Shown here in pieces: positions 6,598-12,368 of a stretch of 12,445 nt of DNA. The notes under the pieces were generated by a model. It had not been told where the DNA came from. It saw only the letters and a list, made by a program, of their open reading frames with translations, and ran no database searches. The stretch is from a virus: positions 1-12,445 of IMG/VR virus record IMGVR_UViG_3300045988_104734, one strand, 5' to 3'. Every line of letters begins with the position of its first letter. Position 1 is the first letter of the stretch. The translations under genes and the position numbers were made by a program.

Positions 6598-6951
6598 TCA
6601 CTCTTCCTTTTCGTGATTTCCGTGATTGCTGTCAAAGAATTTGCCGAGAATGTCCGCCGCTGCGGGGGAAAGTTTGCGGATGTTCTCCAGGATGCTGCCG
6701 ATCTCCATCAATACGAGATAGGAAGCCGCGACCATAACCAGATCAACCGGGAGCTCGATATTGACGAAAGGCGCGAACTTGTCGCACATCACCGCCAGGC
6801 CGAGAGCTGCCAGCTCGCCCACTTTGTTAAACAGTCCCTCGCGCATGATCGCGCTTTTGAACTGCTTGTTTTTGAGAGCCGCGAGCAGACCTGTGAGAAG
6901 ATCGCCGAGAATGAACGCAAGAACGATGCAGCAGACCAGTGTCACATTCAT
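6598..6951 (-). CDS. Holin (phage_holin_4 / TcdE-like family), 117 aa
   Basis: It has three hydrophobic segments (VTLVCCIVLAFILGDLLTGLL; ELAALGLAVM; LVMVAASYLVLMEIGSIL) and a charged C-terminal tail. The LGDxxTG N-terminal motif is typical of this holin family. A strong RBS, GAGGAGGTG, lies 7 nt upstream of the ATG at 6951. Confidence 0.85.
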   Translation of the reverse strand: MNVTLVCCIVLAFILGDLLTGLLAALKNKQFKSAIMREGLFNKVGELAALGLAVMCDKFAPFVNIELPVDLVMVAASYLVLMEIGSILENIRKLSPAAADILGKFFDSNHGNHEKEE

Positions 6952-6979
6952 TTAACCACCTCCTCACCGGTCGAATTTC

Positions 6980-7008
6980 AACATACCAAAACATAATAAG
7001 AAAAGGAA
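6980..7008 (-). promoter_or_regulatory. Candidate late promoter with extended -10 (TTCCTT, 17-nt spacer, TGgTATGTT)
   Basis: On the minus strand the -35-like TTCCTT is at 7008-7003, the TG extension at 6988-6987 and the -10 TATGTT at 6985-6980. This places it about 30 nt upstream of the holin start. The match to consensus is weak. Confidence 0.25.
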
Positions 7009-7080
7009 CACAAGTGTCTGCCCCGACCGAGAGCATGGACGCGCTTTCCGGGCGCTGGTCTTGTCCCTTGTGTTCCTCTT
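6989..7080 (-). other. Long compound hairpin plus U-tract in the ATPase-holin spacer (terminator or structured RNA)
   Basis: On the minus-strand RNA, AAGAGGAACACAAG (7080-7067) pairs with CUUGUGUUCCUUUU (7014-7001) for 14 bp including one G-U. The stem encloses 52 nt with further GGAC/GUCC, GACC/GGUC and GCGC/GCGC pairings. UUCUUAUUAUGUUUU follows. Confidence 0.6.
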
Positions 7081-7109
7081 CATTATCATATCACCTACCG
7101 CTACTGTTG

Positions 7110-8129
7110 TCAAGTGGCAAGTTTCCGAAAGAATGCCTTTGCCGCCAAATTCGAGAACGAAAGCCGCTCGTCAATGAAAGCGAGCCAGAAAATTTTAAGA
7201 TACCGCGCGCGGAAACTCGCCGCCGCCGTCTCGCCGTTGCCCAGATTGACCGGGTGGCCGAACGAATGTTCCGTGATATGAAACTCTGCGGTACCTTTCA
7301 CGCCGCAGAACGTATAACCGCCGACTCTGACGATAGGCTTTAATTGCTTGAGATCGCGCGAACGAATATTCGATACGTCGGTCATCACAAATTCATTGTC
7401 AAGCGCCATTGCCGAAAAATCGCCCTCTCCGGCAACACGATAGAGCGCTGTGTCCCTCTTCTTCTGCGAGATCGGGGATTTTGTCAGGGAAATAACACAG
7501 ATTCCGCGCGCGTCGTCCGTCCACATTTCCCGGCCGGAAGCAAAGGCTCTCCGCACATTGTCCGCGATTCCGAGCGTGAGAAAGACAGGGTTCGCAAGAT
7601 CGCCGCTGTTTGACAGACAGATCATTTTCAGAGGTTCGCGGCCGTCAAGCTCTCGGTTTCGGTTCATTGTCTCGTATGCGTTCAGAAATGCGAGGCCCTC
7701 ATTTCGGATTTGCGTTTCGTGAGGTTCGGGGATGAACTCGTCATAAATGCAGTATTTCGCCGCCGAAACGTCAAAGCCTCTCACGTTGGCGATGGCCGTT
7801 AACGCTAACATGATGCAGCGCAGATCGCCGCGCGCTCCCTCCGTGCTCTCCCAAACGCCGACAGCATTTCGAGAAATGCCGTTTTGCTCAAACTCAATTC
7901 CGCGATCTCGACAGAATGGAACGAACGGCGACAGCTCTTTTCGGCTGATCGCGTCAAGCTGCGTCTGTCTCCGTCGCATGAAAACAAACTCGCCGCCGCG
8001 TTCCCAAGCCTCCGAGATCGCGCCGTATGTCTTGCCGGTCGCTCGGCCTCCTACGACCATTATAAACGGATAGGACAAATCGAAAATTTCTTTAAAATCG
8101 GGATAGCCGTCTTTTTTAAAAAGTTTCAT
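7110..8129 (-). CDS. DNA encapsidation (packaging) ATPase, phi29 gp16-like, 339 aa
   Basis: Walker A is VVGGRATGKTYG, compared with remembered gp16 VIGARGIGKSY. Walker B is CIYDEF. The size matches gp16 (about 330 aa). RBS GGAGG lies upstream of the ATG at 8129. Confidence 0.9.
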   Translation of the reverse strand: MKLFKKDGYPDFKEIFDLSYPFIMVVGGRATGKTYGAISEAWERGGEFVFMRRRQTQLDAISRKELSPFVPFCRDRGIEFEQNGISRNAVGVWESTEGARGDLRCIMLALTAIANVRGFDVSAAKYCIYDEFIPEPHETQIRNEGLAFLNAYETMNRNRELDGREPLKMICLSNSGDLANPVFLTLGIADNVRRAFASGREMWTDDARGICVISLTKSPISQKKRDTALYRVAGEGDFSAMALDNEFVMTDVSNIRSRDLKQLKPIVRVGGYTFCGVKGTAEFHITEHSFGHPVNLGNGETAAASFRARYLKIFWLAFIDERLSFSNLAAKAFFRKLAT

Positions 8130-8140
8130 GTTTCCTCCTA

Positions 8141-8169
8141 TAAGAAAAGCGCCGGATTTCTCCGGCGCT
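8141..8169 (-). terminator. Intrinsic terminator at the replication-module / packaging-module boundary
   Basis: A perfect 9-bp stem AGCGCCGGA/TCCGGCGCT (8148-8156 pairs with 8161-8169) has a 4-nt loop. On the minus strand UUUUCUUAU follows. It fills most of the 48-nt gap between the 120-aa ORF stop and the ATPase start. Confidence 0.8.
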
Positions 8170-8177
8170 CTGCGCTG

Positions 8178-8540
8178 TCAGCGGACGACGCTGCATGTGA
8201 TAAAGTCGCGGCCGGTCTTGCCGCTCACGCTGCGAACAACGGCCACACGATCAAGCGTCTTTCCCATCTGGGTAAACAGCTCAACCATCTTGCGGAAGTC
8301 GCGGATAAAGTAGGGGCTGTTCGTCACGTAAACGCGATCATCCTTGCCGAGAATGGAGAGGTTTTCGCGGACTTCGCCGGTCTTCTCGGAAACGTCGTCG
8401 TAAAAGACGGCGGTCTCGATCTCGATACTCTCAACCTCCACAGTCTTCCTGATCGGTACGGCGCTGGAATCGGAGGTCAGCAGCCAAACCTCTTCAGGGG
8501 AAAGCTCTTTGTTCGCGGGGTAAATTTCGTTGATTTTCAT
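8178..8540 (-). CDS. Hypothetical protein (120 aa), possibly an ssDNA-binding protein of the replication module
   Basis: The ORF lies directly after the polymerase. AAAGGA lies 9 nt upstream of the ATG at 8540; the ORF-track start at 8564 is a TTG. The alternating beta-like pattern and size resemble small phage SSBs such as phi29 p5, but I recognise no diagnostic motif. Confidence 0.6.
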   Translation of the reverse strand: MKINEIYPANKELSPEEVWLLTSDSSAVPIRKTVEVESIEIETAVFYDDVSEKTGEVRENLSILGKDDRVYVTNSPYFIRDFRKMVELFTQMGKTLDRVAVVRSVSGKTGRDFITCSVVR

Positions 8541-8560
8541 GTCGGGGCATCCTTTCTTTT

Positions 8561-10624
8561 TCAAAATGTCCGAGATTTCCTTTTCGTCCCGGTACGTATA
8601 GTATAGCGCAATGTTCGCACAATGTCAACGGCAAAATGAGGATTTCCCAAAATAAGCGAATAGTCACCGGCAAGCCCCAATTCGTATGTCGTAGGTACAA
8701 GGCATGTGTTTTTCGTCACTTTCCACACTTTTCCATTTTTCGCCGTGTAATTCCAATCTCCGGCGATATGGTCATTATGAACGGCGGCGAGCTTTCCGGA
8801 ATCGGAAAAAACAAAACCCTCTCGAAATGCTGCAAGGCCGCCTTTCGCCGCAAGCTCGGCGCTTCCCGCTTTTTTAGGTACTCCCGCAATTGTTATTTCG
8901 AGATCGCCTTTCTGATCGATAGCCGCGTATTTTTTCGCGCCCATAGTGACAAACTGCTCGGCGGTTTCCTCGCCCTCGAACACTCCCATAAAATGCTCGA
9001 CGCCGGAAGGGTCGGTCGCGTACGCACCGCTCTGCATATCGTCGGCGATGCACTGATCGTTAAACAATGTAAAATCAAGATCGCCTACATATTTAACACA
9101 GTCAGTGTCGCAGTAGACAAACTGACTTCCCGCAATATCGATTCCCGTCTGCAATGCGTCTCTCGCCCATGCGGTCACCCAGACACCCCAAGCGTAGGAG
9201 AGAAAAGCGCTTTTGTTCGCTCGCAGAAGCTGATCCTCCGGCCGCGCGTCTGTCAGTGCGAATTGCCGGTCAGACTTCGGGCAGTATTTCCACTCGGCCC
9301 GCACGGGATCGGTTGCCATCATGCCATAAATCGCATTTAACTTTCGCTTTGACTTCGCATATAGAACCTCTTGACCTTTTACATTTTTCAGCTCGGTCTT
9401 TTTTCGATAATAGTCAAGGCAACAATCAATAATCGGCTGTGGAAGCGCGCCATATTGGGCATATCGTAGATCGCCAATCTCGACACTTTCCCAAGCATAT
9501 TGTCGCTCTACGATCTTCCAATCTACATCGGTCAATGTCGTTTCGAGCGAGGCGGCCCGCAGAATGCGGCCGTTATCCTTTATCGGCCGCGAAATGTCCC
9601 TGCATTTTGAATGCGCGAGGTACGGGCAGCCGGTCAAAGGGTCGCGCAGCTCGATATTGATGAACCTCGCCCGAAAAAGACATGCTCTGTGATGCTTGTC
9701 AATCAGCCGCCGCAGCGTCTTTTCGTCACTGGTGAGGCTTTCGCAAAACGGCGACATTGGGAAAGGTCGGTTGCAAATGACGTCTGGATAAGAGCTCGAC
9801 CGGTCGCAGGATTTAACGTCGACGAGAATCATGTTTGCATAAAGCCTGTTTGCGTGAGTATTGCCGCCTCGGAACGCCTCTCGGAGCAGGACATAATCCT
9901 CCCAACCGGGGGCGAGATAGCGATACGATTTCCCAGCTTTCCGCAGAGCGGCGCGCACATCGCGCCGGACGTAGCCGGTGGACGTGAGCGGCAACGTGTG
10001 CAGCGTGTCGCCGTCGTGCCGCATCTCTGCACGAATCGCTTCCACCAAACCAAGAACATCGTGAACTGCATAGGCAATCTCACTTTCGGAGAGCTCGGTG
10101 TCCGGCAGACGAAAAACCGAATAATCGAAGTCATGCAGCTTTGCGTGTTCGACGCGCATTTCCTTTAGAAAAGCGTCAAGCGAAAGGTTACTGTGAATAT
10201 AGGAACAACGAAATTCGACAAAGCCGCACATGTCAGCCTTTGCCACCTTTCGCGGCTGGAGGGCGAATACATCATCAGGGCCGAAATCAAAAACGCCAGA
10301 AAGAAATTGGAACTCGTAGGAAAGATTGTGAACAAACACCACCAGCCATGTTTTTTCCTGCATAGCGGCCTTTGCAATAGCTATGCAGTCTTTGAACTCT
10401 TCCCACGTCCGGCCGACGATCACATCGCTCTCAAAAGCCCATTGCCACACATACATTATCGATTCCTCCGTGTCGGGTATCCGGGAAGTCTCGATGTCGA
10501 AAGCGCTCACCACGTCGACATACTCGCGCTTGACCTTTACATTTCCCGGATGCTCGACACGTTCAACTGTCACATGATCGACAATTGCCTGTTTCGCGGC
10601 GCGCGTCCCTGCCGCATAAATCAT
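8561..10624 (-). CDS. Protein-primed family-B DNA polymerase (687 aa from ATG 10624; the ORF-track GTG at 10657 gives 698 aa)
   Basis: Exo I is FDIET, Exo II is HNLSYEF and Exo III is YAVHDVLG. Motif A is DRSSSYPD (Dx2SxYP), motif B is KRKLNAIYG (Kx3NxxYG), motif C is YCDTDC and the KxY motif is GAKKYA. GGAGGAAAGGA lies upstream of the ATG at 10624, which sits 2 nt after the upstream TAA. Confidence 0.95.
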   Translation of the reverse strand: MIYAAGTRAAKQAIVDHVTVERVEHPGNVKVKREYVDVVSAFDIETSRIPDTEESIMYVWQWAFESDVIVGRTWEEFKDCIAIAKAAMQEKTWLVVFVHNLSYEFQFLSGVFDFGPDDVFALQPRKVAKADMCGFVEFRCSYIHSNLSLDAFLKEMRVEHAKLHDFDYSVFRLPDTELSESEIAYAVHDVLGLVEAIRAEMRHDGDTLHTLPLTSTGYVRRDVRAALRKAGKSYRYLAPGWEDYVLLREAFRGGNTHANRLYANMILVDVKSCDRSSSYPDVICNRPFPMSPFCESLTSDEKTLRRLIDKHHRACLFRARFINIELRDPLTGCPYLAHSKCRDISRPIKDNGRILRAASLETTLTDVDWKIVERQYAWESVEIGDLRYAQYGALPQPIIDCCLDYYRKKTELKNVKGQEVLYAKSKRKLNAIYGMMATDPVRAEWKYCPKSDRQFALTDARPEDQLLRANKSAFLSYAWGVWVTAWARDALQTGIDIAGSQFVYCDTDCVKYVGDLDFTLFNDQCIADDMQSGAYATDPSGVEHFMGVFEGEETAEQFVTMGAKKYAAIDQKGDLEITIAGVPKKAGSAELAAKGGLAAFREGFVFSDSGKLAAVHNDHIAGDWNYTAKNGKVWKVTKNTCLVPTTYELGLAGDYSLILGNPHFAVDIVRTLRYTIRTGTKRKSRTF

Positions 10625-10626
10625 GG

Positions 10627-11226
10627 TTATTCGTCCTTTCCTCCGGTCTCTACCCACAAATAGAACGCATCTTCGAGATCTTCTTGTGTGCTGTACTTTC
10701 CGGAATTGTCGTCGAAAAAATCCGCGATTTCCGGCGAGCCAATGCGAAATCCGCGCGTCGTTTCTCGCGCAAACTGCATAAAGCGGTCGAAATCTGGGTA
10801 TGTTCCCTCGTCGACGAAATCTCCGGCCGCCTCGCGTGCTTTCCTGACATTACGCTCGAATTTTCGGCGAGCGCCGTAAACGGTACTCTCTTCTTTTGTG
10901 AGAAACGACCGCAGCCCGGCCAAATTTCCAGCGAGAGCGGTTGACGATTTGCCTATTTCTTTCAGCGTTGGAAAGCCTGTCGAAACCGCATCCTTGACGT
11001 TCTCCAAACGCTTAAGCAGCGGATCGGCTTTCAAGCGAACAATGCGCTTTTGCGCGATATTGCGGAGGCGGGTGTACTCTCGGCGCAGGTCTTTTTCGCT
11101 GATTTCTTCCTTGCCCAGCTTGACCAAAAGAGCATAGGGTGTGTACTGCTCGACCGGAAGATTAAACTTTACCGGCTTTGGTTTCGGCGGCAGACGGCCG
11201 CCGGTCTTTGAAAATTTACTCGACAT
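10627..11226 (-). CDS. Candidate terminal protein (199 aa from ATG 11226)
   Basis: It lies immediately upstream of the protein-primed polymerase and is coupled to it, as phi29 gene 3 is to gene 2. It has a basic N-terminal half (KPKPVK, REYTRLRNIAQKRIVRLK) and an acidic C-terminal domain (DFFDDNSGKYSTQEDLED). There is loose resemblance to remembered phi29 TP segments (EYARLVKNTKAKIARTK; EEFDSEGNT). The 258-aa ORF-track version overlaps the upstream gene and has an implausible Cys/Arg/Trp-rich leader. Confidence 0.55.
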   Translation of the reverse strand: MSSKFSKTGGRLPPKPKPVKFNLPVEQYTPYALLVKLGKEEISEKDLRREYTRLRNIAQKRIVRLKADPLLKRLENVKDAVSTGFPTLKEIGKSSTALAGNLAGLRSFLTKEESTVYGARRKFERNVRKAREAAGDFVDEGTYPDFDRFMQFARETTRGFRIGSPEIADFFDDNSGKYSTQEDLEDAFYLWVETGGKDE

Positions 11227-11485
11227 TGAAATGCACGACCTCCCAATTCTCGCAAAGAATGCGTTTCGCTGACAATCTGATCTGTCGCTTGGGCACCATC
11301 TCCATATTTCGCAGCAGGACGAGGCGGCCGTCTTCGGTCTTCTTCGCTGCGTAATAGTTGCCGTTTTCTCGCCATGTTGCACAATATGCCGGAGCGTCCG
11401 CAAGGAATTTCATCATTTCCTGTAAAGTCTCCGGAGAGAGCGGCGCGCGCTCTCTCCGGTATCCTCGATATTTCGTGCTGTCCAT
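11216..11485 (-). CDS. Hypothetical early protein (89 aa from ATG 11485; alternative ATG at 11497)
   Basis: The ORF ends 11 nt into the terminal-protein candidate. A GGTGGTG Shine-Dalgarno-like sequence precedes the ATG at 11485. The upstream part of the 160-aa track ORF is Cys/Arg-rich and overlaps the preceding gene. I recognise no family. Confidence 0.55.
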   Translation of the reverse strand: MDSTKYRGYRRERAPLSPETLQEMMKFLADAPAYCATWRENGNYYAAKKTEDGRLVLLRNMEMVPKRQIRLSAKRILCENWEVVHFNVE

Positions 11486-11618
11486 ATTCACCACCATCCA
11501 AAAATTTTTCCGAGAACCACAGCCCGCAGAGCGTCGGCAATGCATAGAAGGGCATTCACAATCGCGCTCTCCGCGCAGTCGTCCATGACAAACAGCCGCA
11601 ACATGAAATAGATAACGC

Positions 11619-11843
11619 TCATAAGCAGAACCTCTCAACATTCTCGAAAAATCTGCGATCTCCGAGAAAGGTGTCAAGATCGACCAGAACCTCGCCATTC
11701 GGCCCGTTGATAATGATCGATAGATCGCCGGTTTGCAGCTCTTCGTAAACTGCCCGACCGAAACATCTGTTTCCGGTCTCAGCGCATAAAGTCATCCGAG
11801 CCTTGCCGTATTTCCGCACTCTCTTAATCGTACGTTTCGACAT
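11619..11843 (-). CDS. Hypothetical early protein (74 aa from ATG 11843; alternative ATG at 11864)
   Basis: AAAGGAG lies 11 nt upstream of the ATG at 11843. The N-terminus is basic (KRTIKRVRKYGKAR), so it could bind nucleic acid. I recognise no family. Confidence 0.55.
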   Translation of the reverse strand: MSKRTIKRVRKYGKARMTLCAETGNRCFGRAVYEELQTGDLSIIINGPNGEVLVDLDTFLGDRRFFENVERFCL

Positions 11844-11864
11844 GTTTTGTCCAACTCCTTTCAT

Positions 11865-11918
11865 TTAGCCTTTGCCTGCGAGATCGAGCCCGCGGTTGTC
11901 GATGATTTCAAATTTCAT
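11865..11918 (-). CDS. Possible 17-codon micro-ORF (MKFEIIDNRGLDLAGKG)
   Basis: AAAGGAA lies 8 nt upstream of the ATG at 11918. The stop TAA directly abuts the ATG at 11864 of the next ORF (TAAATG). It is too short to judge from composition. Confidence 0.25.
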   Translation of the reverse strand: MKFEIIDNRGLDLAGKG

Positions 11919-11966
11919 TTCAATTTTCCTTTCTGGGCGATTTGGCCGTCGCCCTCGGCTTGTCTC

Positions 11967-12254
11967 TCACTTTCTGCTTGACGCTCTCGCGTTCTGGCGA
12001 ACCGCCGTCACATCGCTATATTCGCCGCTTTCGATGATGTTGAGCAACGCTGCGATCTTCGCCTCGGCTTTGTTGCGCGCCTCAATCTTCTCGGTGCTGC
12101 ACCAAAGGCGAAGATTGCCAGTTTCATTTTCTTTCCCTCTAAAAGAGGTGTGCACAGTGAAAAGCATTTTCCCATTCCTTTCTGCATGCCGCTCGTCGTG
12201 GCGATCTTCGAGCACTGGCAGAACCTGCCTCGACCACCGGATCGCCTGTCTCAT
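11967..12254 (-). CDS. Hypothetical first early protein (95 aa from ATG 12254; alternative 66-aa form from ATG 12167 with AAAGGAA RBS)
   Basis: This is the first ORF inside the right end. The ATG at 12254 lies 6 nt downstream of a perfect TATAAT, which implies a possible leaderless start. Third-codon-position G/C bias continues through the N-terminal extension. I recognise no family. Confidence 0.5.
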   Translation of the reverse strand: MRQAIRWSRQVLPVLEDRHDERHAERNGKMLFTVHTSFRGKENETGNLRLWCSTEKIEARNKAEAKIAALLNIIESGEYSDVTAVRQNARASSRK

Positions 12255-12260
12255 AATGCA

Positions 12261-12307
12261 ATTATACGACAAGCACCACGTGCAATTGTGAACAAATTGT
12301 TAACAAT
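12261..12307 (-). promoter_or_regulatory. Candidate early promoter (-10 TATAAT at 12266-12261) with upstream tandem operator-like palindromes
   Basis: Reading the minus strand gives ATTGTTAACAAT (a 12-bp perfect palindrome, 12307-12296), then TTGTTCACAAT (12295-12285), then CAATTG, CACGTG and finally TATAAT. No good -35 hexamer lies at 16-18 nt spacing. Confidence 0.45.
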
Positions 12308-12319
12308 GTAGCGCAGCCT

Positions 12320-12337
12320 GCACGTCAACCTGACCAA
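12320..12337. repeat. Subterminal conserved box (right copy; GCACGTCAACCTGACCAA on the plus strand)
   Basis: Its reverse complement, TTGGTCAGGTTGACGTGC, matches left-end 94-111 at 17 of 18 positions. The right arm carries an extra 13 nt (cggctgtgcatgt in inward orientation) between the box and the ITR. Confidence 0.8.
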
Positions 12338-12368
12338 ACATGCACAGCCGAATTTGTGCAATCTGACA

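Noticed and set aside
6245-6737. Alternative-frame repeat proteins across the 9-bp array on the plus strand: (SSR)n, (AGA)n and (PEQ)n.
   Set aside because: These are artefacts of translating a tandem repeat in other frames. Only the minus-strand PAA frame is continuous with non-repetitive N- and C-terminal sequence, has an RBS, and is coupled to the capsid gene.
4971-8129. Tectivirus-like identity (these are also ITR-bearing, protein-primed and about 15 kb).
   Set aside because: The capsid protein resembles phi29 gp8 (HK97 lineage), and portal, collar and tail knob genes are present. Tectiviruses instead have a double-jelly-roll capsid protein and membrane-associated genes.
10627-11403. Maximal ORF-track extents for several genes: the 258-aa form of the TP candidate, 160-aa 11216-11698, 363-aa 1979-3070, 205-aa 1516-2133, 128-aa 8178-8564 and 101-aa 11967-12272.
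   Set aside because: Where I checked, the track starts are non-ATG codons (GTG or TTG) without an RBS. The extensions overlap the upstream gene extensively or have junk-like composition. Internal starts with Shine-Dalgarno sequences were preferred.
11169-11555. Overlapping minus-strand ORFs in alternative frames: 11169-11555 (128 aa), 462-866 (134 aa), 5044-5463 (139 aa), 3140-3472 (110 aa) and 2907-3143 (78 aa).
   Set aside because: They have extremely Arg/Pro/Cys-rich composition, are nested inside better-supported genes, and have no RBS. They were judged spurious.
11919-11966. A small hairpin GGGCGA/TCGCCC after the first early gene as a terminator.
   Set aside because: It has only a 6-bp stem with an 8-nt loop and no downstream U-tract on the minus strand. 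That is insufficient to call a terminator.
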